Assembly: GCA_041674705.1 (NCBI GenBank)
Contig: JBAYVF010000002.1
Location: 14,330-78,329, forward strand
Direction: 5' to 3'
Source: Candidatus Omnitrophota bacterium
GTDB taxonomy: Bacteria; Omnitrophota; Omnitrophia; Omnitrophales; Aquincolibacteriaceae
Length of the DNA: 64,000 nt
The notes under the pieces: generated by a model
What the model was told of the DNA's origin: nothing
What the model saw: the letters and a program-made list of their open reading frames with translations, nothing else
Databases searched by the model: none
Translations under genes and position numbers: made by a program
Shown here: positions 26,770 through 35,851 of the stretch, piece after piece
How the letters are laid out: every line of letters begins with the position of its first letter
How positions within the stretch are numbered: the first letter of the stretch is position 1

Positions 26770-27078
26770 ATGAATAACATGCTGACCCTCGATGAAGTGA
26801 AGAATTTTCTCGAGGTCGAACAACAGGTGATCGAAAAGTTCATCCAGGACGAAGTTTTGCATGCCTACAAGATCGGCGGCGTGTACATCCGTTTCCGGAA
26901 AGAAGAGGTGCTTGGCCTCAAGTATGACGTCCTTCTTAAGAAAAAAAAGACGGAGACCTCGGGTTCTTTGGGACAACGGTTGTGGAATTTTTGGCGATTC
27001 AACAATTTTTACATTATCTCCATCATGGTCATTATAGTATTGGCGTATTGGTTCCTTCACACCACGGTATCCTCGTAG
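26770..27078 (+). CDS. excisionase-type HTH protein with C-terminal TM segment
   Basis: LTLDEVKNFLEVEQQVIEKFIQDEVLHAYKIGG, then FYIISIMVIIVLAYWFL. Confidence 0.6.
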   Translation: MNNMLTLDEVKNFLEVEQQVIEKFIQDEVLHAYKIGGVYIRFRKEEVLGLKYDVLLKKKKTETSGSLGQRLWNFWRFNNFYIISIMVIIVLAYWFLHTTVSS

Positions 27079-27087
27079 GGCGCTCTT

Positions 27088-27471
27088 TTGAAGATCCTTC
27101 AGGGTATTGATCTGGTCAAGGTTGAGCGGATGGAGCGAATGATCGGGAGGCCGTCCGGGCAAGCGTTTCTGAACCGCGTCTTTAGCACTTCGGAGCAGGC
27201 CTACTGCGGCTCCAAGCGCATGAAATTCGAGCATTACGCAGCTCGCTTTGCCGCCAAAGAAGCGCTTCTGAAGGCCCTGAAAGTTCGTCCGAAAAAGGAT
27301 CGACGGCTTTCCGGTATTGAGGTGGGACGCGAAGCGACCGGGAAACCGTTTATTGCCCTGAATGCGGAGAGTCGTAAGCAGCTCCGTATTCCGTCACAGG
27401 CACAGATCGAATTGTCGGTTGCGCACGAACGGGAATATGCGATTGCGACCGTCGTCATCGTGATTCCCTAG
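27088..27471 (+). CDS. acpS: holo-[acyl-carrier-protein] synthase
   Basis: GIDLVKVERM ... FAAKEALLKAL ... SVAHEREYAIA. Confidence 0.85.
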   Translation: MKILQGIDLVKVERMERMIGRPSGQAFLNRVFSTSEQAYCGSKRMKFEHYAARFAAKEALLKALKVRPKKDRRLSGIEVGREATGKPFIALNAESRKQLRIPSQAQIELSVAHEREYAIATVVIVIP

Positions 27472-27585
27472 TACCTCAACCCTATTGATTTGTGAGGGGG
27501 GAGACTCAGTGCTATGGTGAGCGGTGATTGAAATTGGCAACTGCCAATTTCAATCGAGTCGAACCATTAGGCGAAAGAGAGAGCT

Positions 27586-28359
27586 ATGAAACAGAAGACA
27601 CTTATCATCAATGCGGATGACTGCAATCTGACCTCCCAGGTCACGGAAGCCATTTTGAAGGCCCACGAGAACGGGATCGTGACCAGCACGACTTTTTTGA
27701 TCAACCTTCCCATGGGACCGGACGTGGTCCGGGAACTTTTGGCCAGGAAAAAACTCGGGATTGGGTTGCATTTAAATGTCACGCTCGGGAAACCTGTGGC
27801 CAAGCCAGGGCTTGTGAGATCGCTTCTTCAGAAGGATGGACGCTTCAAAAAAAAGGATGAGTACTCTGCAAAAAAACTGCCGCCTGTTTCTGAGATCAAG
27901 GAAGAGTTCAAAGCTCAGCTCCAGAAATTCGTGAAGACCTTCAAACGATTACCGACCCATGTGGATGTCCATCATCACATGCACGATTTCAGGCCGTTCC
28001 TGGAAGCGCTTGCGGCAGTTGCCGGGAAACACGATCTGCCTGTCCGTTGGACGAGGCTTTTGACCGAACCGGATGTCAGGAACGCGCATAAGGATCTCAG
28101 GACCACGGACCATTTTTATGGCAACATCGACCCGCACACGTTCTGGACGGAAGAAGTATTGAGGCATTTGCTTTTCACACTTCCGGAGGGAACGAGCGAG
28201 ATCATGTGCCATCCGGGATGGGTGGACGATGAGCTTTGCGCTATCAGTTCGCTGACGATCCCGCGCGAGCGGGAATATCAGCTTTTTAGTTTGAAAGAAT
28301 TACGCAATTATATCAGCCATCTTGGGATCAAACTGACGCACTTTGGGGGTTTGAAGTAA
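27586..28359 (+). CDS. ChbG/YdjC/HpnK-family carbohydrate deacetylase
   Basis: LIINADDCNLTSQVTEAILKAHENGIVTSTT, and HxDxHHH-type motif HVDVHHHMH. Confidence 0.85.
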   Translation: MKQKTLIINADDCNLTSQVTEAILKAHENGIVTSTTFLINLPMGPDVVRELLARKKLGIGLHLNVTLGKPVAKPGLVRSLLQKDGRFKKKDEYSAKKLPPVSEIKEEFKAQLQKFVKTFKRLPTHVDVHHHMHDFRPFLEALAAVAGKHDLPVRWTRLLTEPDVRNAHKDLRTTDHFYGNIDPHTFWTEEVLRHLLFTLPEGTSEIMCHPGWVDDELCAISSLTIPREREYQLFSLKELRNYISHLGIKLTHFGGLK

Positions 28360-28373
28360 GTCGGGGGGGAAGG

Positions 28374-28565
28374 CTATTTGACGATCGTGCCGTCTAACGT
28401 CTCGAAAATGATCGTCACGAGATTGTGGCACTTGGGGCATTTGATCTGTTTGAAGGCCTGGATGTTGTCGTGCTTGGGGCGGTACATGATCGAGAGGATC
28501 TTGGTAACGAAGCTGGCTTCACTGCCGGACCATTGGCAAGCGGGACAGTTATAAGCTGATTTCAT
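28374..28565 (-). CDS. small zinc-ribbon protein
   Basis: CPAC ... CPKC pairs. 63 aa. Confidence 0.5.
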   Translation of the reverse strand: MKSAYNCPACQWSGSEASFVTKILSIMYRPKHDNIQAFKQIKCPKCHNLVTIIFETLDGTIVK

Positions 28566-28690
28566 CGGTGCCTCTCGTTAGAGTTTAATAACCTTTGTTG
28601 CGCATAAAAAGCATCGGCTTGGGCGCTTAAAAACTTTAAATGTGTTTGGTTTCGGGGATATCTTCTCGAGTGAGGAAAAGGAGGCTATTA

Positions 28691-29029
28691 ATGCGGGTTC
28701 GATGGATCGTTTTTGTCTTTATTCTGATGTTGCTGGTGCCTTTTCGTGCGGCTCACGCCAATTCGCCCGGCTATTGGAAGCAGATGGGGCTAACTTTCGG
28801 CCGCGGCGTGAAGAATCTTGTCAGTTGGCCGTATGAGATCCCTTATACCATCGCCAAACATGACAGGGACGATAATGGAAATCCACGTTTTTTTCGTGAC
28901 ACAGCCGGTTTTTTTGACGGTACGTTTCGCGCTGTGACAAGGCTAGGATGCGGTGCCTGGGACGTCCTTTTTTCCGTGGTGCCCGGGGCCCAGAACGATT
29001 TGCCTCTCACACCCGAGGCTTTCTTTTAA
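28691..29029 (+). CDS. secreted protein, possibly exosortase-associated TIGR04073-like
   Basis: AAGGAGG RBS before ATG 28691. Signal peptide. GRGVKNLVSWPYEIPYTI and GCGAWDVLF strings. The family call is from memory only. Confidence 0.45.
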   Translation: MRVRWIVFVFILMLLVPFRAAHANSPGYWKQMGLTFGRGVKNLVSWPYEIPYTIAKHDRDDNGNPRFFRDTAGFFDGTFRAVTRLGCGAWDVLFSVVPGAQNDLPLTPEAFF

Positions 29030-29199
29030 AACGCGCTGCACGCTTTCCTTGTAAAACCCTTCCATCTTAAGTAGAATACCGCCTCTTGTTTCATCGGGAG
29101 GCGGGTAAAACCTTCCTTTTTTGAAGTTTTTTTGTGCGTGTGCCGTAGACGGCAATCCATAAGCCGTCACGGCAACGTATTGATTTATTGAAAATCAAT

Positions 29200-29272
29200 G
29201 GGCCGGTAGTTCAGTTGGTAGAACGCCACAATGGCATTGTGGAGGTCAAGGGTTCAACTCCCTTCCGGTCCA
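29200..29272 (+). tRNA. tRNA-Ala (anticodon GGC)
   Basis: Hand-folded cloverleaf: acceptor gggccgg/ccggtcc with G3:U70, D arm gttc/gaac, anticodon loop atGGCat, T arm aaggg-ttcaact-ccctt. CCA not encoded. Confidence 0.9.
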
Positions 29273-29384
29273 TTCTTCTTCGCTCTGTCCTTAACGGCAG
29301 AGCTCCGAAGGAATAGGGTAAAGGTTGGAGCTTGAGAAAGGTTCCTGCGAAGCTGTGAGCGATAAGCTGCACAGCGAAGTAGAA

Positions 29385-29400
29385 CCCTTCCGGTCCACCA
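29385..29400 (+). repeat. duplicate of the tRNA-Ala 3' end (cccttccggtcca) followed by CCA
   Basis: 13-nt exact repeat of 29260-29272, located 112 nt downstream of the tRNA. Confidence 0.75.
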
Positions 29401-29421
29401 ACTCCCAATGAGTTGGTGCCA

Positions 29422-29467
29422 CGCCGTCAGGACTCATGGAAGTCCTGACGGCGACGGCATTCTTTTT
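29422..29467 (+). terminator. 12-bp perfect hairpin plus T-run (possible terminator)
   Basis: cgccgtcaggac tcatggaa gtcctgacggcg, then acggcattcttttt. Confidence 0.45.
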
Positions 29468-29476
29468 ACGTCATCT

Positions 29477-29563
29477 GCGAGAGTGGCGGAACTGGCAGAC
29501 GCACTGGACTCAAAATCCAGCGGTAGCAATACCATGAGAGTTCGATTCTCTCCTCTCGCACCA
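29477..29563 (+). tRNA. tRNA-Leu (anticodon CAA), type II with long variable arm, CCA encoded
   Basis: Acceptor gcgagag/ctctcgc, D arm gcg/cgc, anticodon stem ctgga/tccag with loop ctCAAaa, variable arm ggta/tacc, T arm gagag-ttcgatt-ctctc. Confidence 0.9.
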
Positions 29564-29632
29564 AATTCCAGTAATTTGGTACGACGCCATGGCGGCAAAA
29601 GGAAGGCCGCCTATGGCTACGAGGAGATAATC

Positions 29633-29722
29633 GAAGGGAGCACTTGATTATCAACATGACTAATGTCATGTTGATGAGTGCGGGTGGCCGACCTGAAGCG
29701 AATGAAATGAGCGGAAGGCGCC
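29633..29722 (+). repeat. copy Y of the ~95-nt structured repeat (see 22987..23085)
   Basis: Perfect hairpin tcaacatgac taat gtcatgttga, gtggccgacc box, ggcgcc box. Abuts the duplicated tRNA-Leu 3' end. Confidence 0.55.
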
Positions 29723-29739
29723 GATTCTCTCCTCTCGCA
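29722..29739 (+). repeat. duplicate of the tRNA-Leu 3' end (cgattctctcctctcgca)
   Basis: 18-nt exact repeat of 29543-29560, located 158 nt downstream of the tRNA. Confidence 0.8.
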
Positions 29740-29767
29740 TGTTCTAATTCTCGGAGAAATCCTGACC

Positions 29768-32227
29768 ATGGCCAGCGGATTCAAACAGTATCCTTTCGAG
29801 ACAATAGAAAAAAAGTGGCAGACCTACTGGACTGACCATAAGACCTTCCGTTCTCCGGACCCCGGCGAGCCCGGCGGAGAAAAACAGAAATATTACGTCC
29901 TCGATATGTTCCCGTATCCTTCCGGTTCCGGTCTCCACGTCGGGCATTTGGAAGGGTATACCGCAACCGACATCGTCAGCCGCTATAAACGGATGTGCGG
30001 GTTCAATGTCCTGCATCCCATGGGTTGGGACGCGTTCGGGCTTCCCGCCGAGCAATATGCCATCGAGACCGGCACGCACCCCCGCGATACCACGAAAAAA
30101 AATATCCAGACCTTCAAGCGCCAGATCCAGCAGGTCGGTTTTAGCTATGACTGGGAACGCGAGATCGATACGACCGATCCCCATTATTACCGCTGGACGC
30201 AGTGGATCTTTATGAAGCTTTTCGAAAAAGGCTTGGCCTACGAATCCGAGATCCCGGTGTGGTGGTGCGATGGCTGCAAGGCCGTCCTTGCCAACGAAGA
30301 GGTGGACGCCAGCGGTACCTGTGAACGCAAGGGCCACAAGGATGTTTATCGCCGCCCGCTTCGTCAATGGATCCTCAGGATCACGGCCTATGCCGAACGG
30401 CTTTTAAAAGACCTCGACCTTCTGGATTGGTCGGAGCCCATCAAGGAAATGCAGCGTAACTGGATCGGGAAGTCCACCGGCGCGGAGGTGAAATTTCAAA
30501 TCTCAAATTTAAAATCTGAGATCTCTGTGTTCACCACACGACCGGACACGCTTTTCGGCGCGACGTATATGGTGCTGGCCCCGGAGCACGCGATGGTGGC
30601 AAAGATCACAACGCCGGAACAAAAGAAAGCCGTGGAAGCATATGTCGCCACCGCGACACACAAATCCGATCTCGATCGCACGGACCTCGCCAAAGAAAAG
30701 ACCGGTGTTTTTACCGGAGCTTATGCGATCAATCCCGTAAATGACAAAAAGATCCCGGTGTGGATCGCGGATTATGTGCTTATGGGTTACGGAACCGGCG
30801 CCATCATGGCAGTGCCGGGGCATGATACACGCGATCTTGAATTTGCGAAGGCTTACAAGCTTCCGATTGAAATTGTGGTGCAGGCACCCGAAGGGAAAGA
30901 ATCGTTGGGGTTTGTGGGGGACGGTGTCAGCGTGAATTCTGGGCTGATTACAGGCCTTCCTACGCCGGAAGCGAAACAAAAGATCACGAAATGGCTCGAA
31001 GAAAAGAAGATCGGGAAGGCAGCGGTTCAGTATAAGCTTCGGGACTGGCTTTTTAGTCGGCAACGTTATTGGGGGGAACCGATCCCGGTCGTGCATTGCG
31101 TGAAGTGCGGCCCGGTGCTTATTTCCGAGAACGAATTGCCGCTTAAGCTTCCTGAGATGAAAGATTACACACCGACCGGGAATGCCGAGCCGCCTCTTGC
31201 CAAGGCGAAGGATTGGCTGAAATGTAAATGCGCGAAATGCGGTGGCCCGGCCATGCGCGAAACGAACACCATGCCTCAATGGGCGGGTTCCTGTTGGTAT
31301 TATCTCCGCTACCTCGATCCGAAGAACGCGAAAGCAGCGGTCGATCCGAAAAAAGAAAAATACTGGATGAATGTGGATCTTTATGTCGGCGGCGCGGAAC
31401 ACGCGGTGCTTCATTTGCTCTATTCCCGGTTCTGGCACAAAGTGCTTTATGATATCGGAGTTGTTTCCACGCTTGAGCCATTCCAAAAACTCACGAACCA
31501 GGGCATGATCCTGGGCGAAGACAGCCAGAAGATGTCCAAGTCACGCGGCAATGTGGTGAATCCCGATGAGATGATCGCGCAATATGGCGCCGACAGCCTC
31601 CGGCTTTATGAAATGTTCATGGGCCCGCTGGAAATGACCAAGCCTTGGGCGAATTCCGGAGTGGAAGGCGTCTACCGGTTTCTCGGAAAAGTGTGGCGCC
31701 TCTTTATCGATAAGGACGACAAGCTTCACGCGAACATTGTTCAGCGCGAGCCGAATGCTTCGGAGCTCAAGACGCTCCACAAGGCAATCAAGAAAGTGAC
31801 GGAAGATTTTGAAGGCTTGCGATTTAATACGGCGATCTCGGCCTTGATGATTTTTATGAATGAGATAATGCCGGGAGAAGACCACTCGCGGGAAATCCTC
31901 GAAAAATTCCTGCTTCTTCTGGCGCCGCTCGCGCCCCATGTGGCGGAAGAATTATGGCAGCGCCTGGGTCACGCCAAGACGCTTGCGTATGAAAAATGGC
32001 CCGCGTATGATGACCAGTATCTCGTCGAAGATCAGGCGGAGATGGCTATTCTGGTGGGAGGTAAAGTACGTGCAAAAATGGTCGTTTCTCGTAGTGAGAA
32101 CAACGATGTGATCCAACAGATGTCGCTGGAACACCCCCGCGTGAAAGAGCTGCTCGTGGGGAAGGTCGTCAAGAAGGTGATCATCGTTCCGGGGCGCACG
32201 GTCAACCTTGTGGTGGTGGATGCCTAA
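29768..32227 (+). CDS. leuS: leucyl-tRNA synthetase
   Basis: 819 aa. HVGH (HIGH) motif, [17 protein letters not shown] motif. Confidence 0.97.
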   Translation: MASGFKQYPFETIEKKWQTYWTDHKTFRSPDPGEPGGEKQKYYVLDMFPYPSGSGLHVGHLEGYTATDIVSRYKRMCGFNVLHPMGWDAFGLPAEQYAIETGTHPRDTTKKNIQTFKRQIQQVGFSYDWEREIDTTDPHYYRWTQWIFMKLFEKGLAYESEIPVWWCDGCKAVLANEEVDASGTCERKGHKDVYRRPLRQWILRITAYAERLLKDLDLLDWSEPIKEMQRNWIGKSTGAEVKFQISNLKSEISVFTTRPDTLFGATYMVLAPEHAMVAKITTPEQKKAVEAYVATATHKSDLDRTDLAKEKTGVFTGAYAINPVNDKKIPVWIADYVLMGYGTGAIMAVPGHDTRDLEFAKAYKLPIEIVVQAPEGKESLGFVGDGVSVNSGLITGLPTPEAKQKITKWLEEKKIGKAAVQYKLRDWLFSRQRYWGEPIPVVHCVKCGPVLISENELPLKLPEMKDYTPTGNAEPPLAKAKDWLKCKCAKCGGPAMRETNTMPQWAGSCWYYLRYLDPKNAKAAVDPKKEKYWMNVDLYVGGAEHAVLHLLYSRFWHKVLYDIGVVSTLEPFQKLTNQGMILGEDSQKMSKSRGNVVNPDEMIAQYGADSLRLYEMFMGPLEMTKPWANSGVEGVYRFLGKVWRLFIDKDDKLHANIVQREPNASELKTLHKAIKKVTEDFEGLRFNTAISALMIFMNEIMPGEDHSREILEKFLLLLAPLAPHVAEELWQRLGHAKTLAYEKWPAYDDQYLVEDQAEMAILVGGKVRAKMVVSRSENNDVIQQMSLEHPRVKELLVGKVVKKVIIVPGRTVNLVVVDA
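30491..30527. repeat. heptamer-unit element in-frame inside leuS
   Basis: aaatttc aaatctc aaattta aaatctg agatctc, encoding [12 protein letters not shown] in a variable LeuS loop. Shares a 22-mer (1 mismatch) with 47698-47719. Confidence 0.7.
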
Positions 32228-34265
32228 AGTCGAGATCAGGAATCAAAAGATCCTTGTTGGGAAAAAAGAAGTTCCGCTTGTCTCCGGCGAAATCCATTAT
32301 TGGCGCCTCAACCCTCATGCCTGGCGCGAAGCCCTCAAACGCGTCAAAGAAATGGGGCTCGAAATCGTTTCCACCTACGTCCCCTGGGATTTCCACGAGT
32401 ACAAGCGCGGCCATTTTGATTTCACCGGCAAGACCGATGAAGCGCGTAATCTTAAAGCCTTTCTCGAATTGACCCGCAAGGAAGGCTTTTGGGTCATCCT
32501 TCGTCCGGGTCCCTATATTTACAGTGAATGGCCGCGGGATGGCGTTCCGGATTATGCCTACCAGTATCACCGCTTGCATCCCAAGTTCCTCGCCTACGCC
32601 AAAGAATACCTGAAACAAGTCAGCAAGGTTTTCATGCCGTATCTCGCGTCGCGCAAGAATGGCCACATTCTGATGTTGCAGGCGGATAACGAGATCGATC
32701 CCTGGCCGGATGTCTTCGGGCATCAGTACGGACTTTCGAAAAAGCCGGGACTTTTCCAGGATTTCATGCGCGATTTTTACAAAGGGAATCTTTCGGCGCT
32801 GAACGAATGCTGGGGGACAAATTACACTTCTTTCCGGGAAGCGTCGCCTTTCATCGCGACCATGCTCGCTCATGAAACGGGTCTTCCGCTGAAGGGGGAT
32901 AAAGAGCTCAAGCGGCATCTCGATTATTTTAAGTTCAAGTATTGGTATTCCAAGGAGGTTGCGAAGGGGAGCATCCAGATGTATCGCGATCTCGGGGTCG
33001 ATGTTCCGATCTACTTGAACACTTATCCTTTCTTTTACGCGCACGATTGGGCTGCTTTTCAGGAAGTCTCGGATGCCGTGGGGATCGATCTCTATCCTAC
33101 CAATGAATTCAAAGAAGATGAGTTCGAACACCGGAAATTCTGCGACAAGATCCGTTATCTTTCGAGCGTTTCCAAACTTCCCTTTATTGCGGAATTCCAA
33201 TCCGGGATCTGGCACGGCCGTCATTATGAAACGAGCGTGCTCACGCCCAACCACTACCGGATGATGTGTCTTTCCGCATTCCTCGCCGGGGTCAAGGGCT
33301 GGAATTGGTACATGCTGGTGAATCGCGACAATTGGTATATGTCGCCGATCAATGAGTGGGGGCGGGTGCGTGGCGAATTGTATGATGTTTTTACGCAGAT
33401 CGTTTCCGCTTTCAAGCAACTCAAGCCGACTTCGCTTAAAAAGATAACCGAGATCGGCGTCACCTTCAATCCGCTCCAGTACGCGGCCCGGACGCTCACG
33501 CACAATAGTCCCATTCTCGTCGCGCTTTACCAGGGAGATGTCGACTATGATATGAGCGATCCTCGCTGTAAACTCCCTGAAAAGAAAGTGCTCTTTTATT
33601 CCGGGAACCAGTGGCTTGAGAAGGCGGCGCATCAGAATCTTCGCAAGTATGTCGAGGCAGGCGGAACTTTGGTGGCATTCCGCTCGTTCCCTCGCAAAGA
33701 TGATAATTTTAAACCATGTCAGGTTGTCGGGTTTGAAGAGCCGGAGCGCACCCTTTTTGAGTTTAAGCGGCATTTCAAAATAACCCTTGGCAAAAGATCC
33801 GTGCCGATCGCGATCAATAGTTCGGTTTATATTTTTAAGGCTCAAGGGTGCGAAAAGATCCAGGCGGATCTCGGAACCTACGGAAGACAGACCGTCGGCT
33901 ACATCAAAAAGATCGGCAAGGGAAAGATCATTCACCTGGGGATGGAGCCGGTTCCGGAGCTTGTGCTCGGGGTTTTGAACTATCTCAAAACGCCGCTGGT
34001 CAGTTATTCGACAACGCGGGACATCAAAACGGCGCTCTTCAGCCGTGGGAATCGGTATTTTCTGGTGGTGGTCAATAATGGCAATGAAGACAAGAGCGCG
34101 ACGATCTGTCTTCCGGCGCTTGACGGTATCCCCGGAAAAATGACCGCTCGCGATCTGATGAACGGGGAAAAAACGGTTTATTCAAAAGAAGGCCGTCACC
34201 CGATCAATATTCATGTGGCGCGCAAAGACGGCCGTGTTTTAGAATTTTTGTTCTCCCGCAGTTAA
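32220..34265 (+). CDS. glycoside hydrolase family 35-like beta-galactosidase
   Basis: [10 protein letters not shown]...[21 protein letters not shown]...G.FDF.G..D...FLEL....[16 protein letters not shown] and acid/base-type ADNE. ATG overlaps the leuS stop by 8 nt. Confidence 0.75.
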   Translation: MPKVEIRNQKILVGKKEVPLVSGEIHYWRLNPHAWREALKRVKEMGLEIVSTYVPWDFHEYKRGHFDFTGKTDEARNLKAFLELTRKEGFWVILRPGPYIYSEWPRDGVPDYAYQYHRLHPKFLAYAKEYLKQVSKVFMPYLASRKNGHILMLQADNEIDPWPDVFGHQYGLSKKPGLFQDFMRDFYKGNLSALNECWGTNYTSFREASPFIATMLAHETGLPLKGDKELKRHLDYFKFKYWYSKEVAKGSIQMYRDLGVDVPIYLNTYPFFYAHDWAAFQEVSDAVGIDLYPTNEFKEDEFEHRKFCDKIRYLSSVSKLPFIAEFQSGIWHGRHYETSVLTPNHYRMMCLSAFLAGVKGWNWYMLVNRDNWYMSPINEWGRVRGELYDVFTQIVSAFKQLKPTSLKKITEIGVTFNPLQYAARTLTHNSPILVALYQGDVDYDMSDPRCKLPEKKVLFYSGNQWLEKAAHQNLRKYVEAGGTLVAFRSFPRKDDNFKPCQVVGFEEPERTLFEFKRHFKITLGKRSVPIAINSSVYIFKAQGCEKIQADLGTYGRQTVGYIKKIGKGKIIHLGMEPVPELVLGVLNYLKTPLVSYSTTRDIKTALFSRGNRYFLVVVNNGNEDKSATICLPALDGIPGKMTARDLMNGEKTVYSKEGRHPINIHVARKDGRVLEFLFSRS

Positions 34266-34305
34266 GAGAGATTTTTAAAAGTAGCGATTTTTGAGAGGAA
34301 CGATC

Positions 34306-35115
34306 ATGTACGAGACCTTTTTTGGGCTGAATGAATCTCCGTTTAATGTGACGCCGGATCCGCGTTTTGTCTATTTGAGCCGGCATCACCAGGCGGCGCT
34401 CTCCGCGATGCGCTACGGCGTGGACCGGCGCTCGGGGTTCATCCAGATCACCGGCGAGATCGGGGCGGGGAAGACGACGCTTTCGCGTATGTTCCTCCAG
34501 CAGCTGGGCGAGAATGTTCACACCTCGCTTGTTTTTAACCCGAAGCTTTCTGAACTGGAGCTTTTGCAGGGGATCGTCGAGGATTTCGGACTGAAGCCAA
34601 AGGCAAAGAGGCGTAAAGAATATTTTGACTGCCTGAACCGTTTTCTTCTTGAAGAGAGCGCCAAAGGATTTAATGCAGTGGTGATCGTCGACGAGGCTCA
34701 GCTCTTGCCGCCGCGGGCTTTGGAGCAGATCCGGCTTTTATCCAATCTCGAGACCACAACGCAAAAACTTTTGCAGATCATTTTGATGGGGCAGCCGGAG
34801 CTGAAGGATCTTCTCAAGCGTCCGGATCTCAAGCAGCTTCGTCAACGCATTACCGTGCGTTGTCATTTGCCGGAGCTGAGTCTTGAAGAGGTGGGGCATT
34901 ACATCGCGCATCGTTTAAGCGTGGCAGGGGCGCGTGAGAATTTTTTTTCGGCCGAAGCCATACAGCGCATTTACGAACTTTCCTCGGGGATCCCGAGGGT
35001 TATTAACGTGCTGGCGGACCGGGCGATGCTCGCCGCCTATGCCAAAAGTACTTTTGTGATCGATCCGGTGCTGGTGGAATGCGCCGAAGCCGATCTCCAG
35101 GGGGTGAGTGTATGA
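34306..35115 (+). CDS. ExeA/GspA-like AAA+ ATPase
   Basis: FFGLNESPFNVTPDPRFVYLSRHHQAAL ... ITGEIGAGKTTL, Walker B VVIVDEAQ. Confidence 0.8.
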   Translation: MYETFFGLNESPFNVTPDPRFVYLSRHHQAALSAMRYGVDRRSGFIQITGEIGAGKTTLSRMFLQQLGENVHTSLVFNPKLSELELLQGIVEDFGLKPKAKRRKEYFDCLNRFLLEESAKGFNAVVIVDEAQLLPPRALEQIRLLSNLETTTQKLLQIILMGQPELKDLLKRPDLKQLRQRITVRCHLPELSLEEVGHYIAHRLSVAGARENFFSAEAIQRIYELSSGIPRVINVLADRAMLAAYAKSTFVIDPVLVECAEADLQGVSV

Positions 35116-35591
35116 GTCTGATCCAGCAAGCTTTGGAAAAAACAAGTCGTGTGCAGGAAACAAGAACCGCAAATCCGTCTCCGGCGCCGAAGGTGTATGA
35201 ACGCGATCCAATGGGAGCGGCTCTCGAACAGGAGCTTACCCAGGTCCAGCAATCCTATGCCAGGCGGAGAAAATTTTACTGGAAAATTTCCTTGGGAGTG
35301 CTGGCGGTATTTTTTGTTGCCGGACTTTCTTATGTGGGGATCCGGAGCAGTCATTCAGTAGCAAAGGTCTCGTCAGGCACGGTCACGTCTCATGCTCCGC
35401 TCAGGATCTTTTCCGGGACTCTCTATCGTCTTACGGGGATCACGAGTGCCGATGGAAAGTCGATGGCCGTGATCAACGACCAGATCGTCAGCGTGGGGGA
35501 TCCTCTTTCCGGCAAAGCCATGGTCAAAGCGATCGGCAATGGAGAAGTTCGTTTGGATGTCCAGGGAAGAGAGATCAAGCTTACGCTCTAA
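35112..35591 (+). CDS. GspB/ExeB-like protein (single TM)
   Basis: ATGA overlap with the exeA-like gene. MSLIQQALEK N-terminus and one TM, typical of GspB partners. Weak call. Confidence 0.45.
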   Translation: MSLIQQALEKTSRVQETRTANPSPAPKVYERDPMGAALEQELTQVQQSYARRRKFYWKISLGVLAVFFVAGLSYVGIRSSHSVAKVSSGTVTSHAPLRIFSGTLYRLTGITSADGKSMAVINDQIVSVGDPLSGKAMVKAIGNGEVRLDVQGREIKLTL

Positions 35592-35686
35592 AGGAAACGG
35601 ACTTCGAATGGCGCCGCTTTCGAAATATCAAAACACCCTCCTTGTTTTTCTGCTCTTAGCGCTCGCCATCGTTATCGCTGTAAGAT

Positions 35687-35761
35687 GGTACTTGGTACAT
35701 AGTACATAGTACTTGGCGAAAAGCGGGGGTGACGGCTCGCCATGTACCATGTACTAAGTGC
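35687..35761. repeat. heptamer-unit inverted repeat (intergenic)
   Basis: ggtactt ggtacat agtacat agtactt gg ... ccatgtac catgtac taagtgc. The arms are imperfectly complementary. Confidence 0.75.
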
Positions 35762-35851
35762 TCTGCGCCGATTACAAGTGCTGCTTCAAGAAAATTCCAA
35801 CCGAATATTATATTTATATTATTCATTAAGTTTATGTATAATGCACATATT

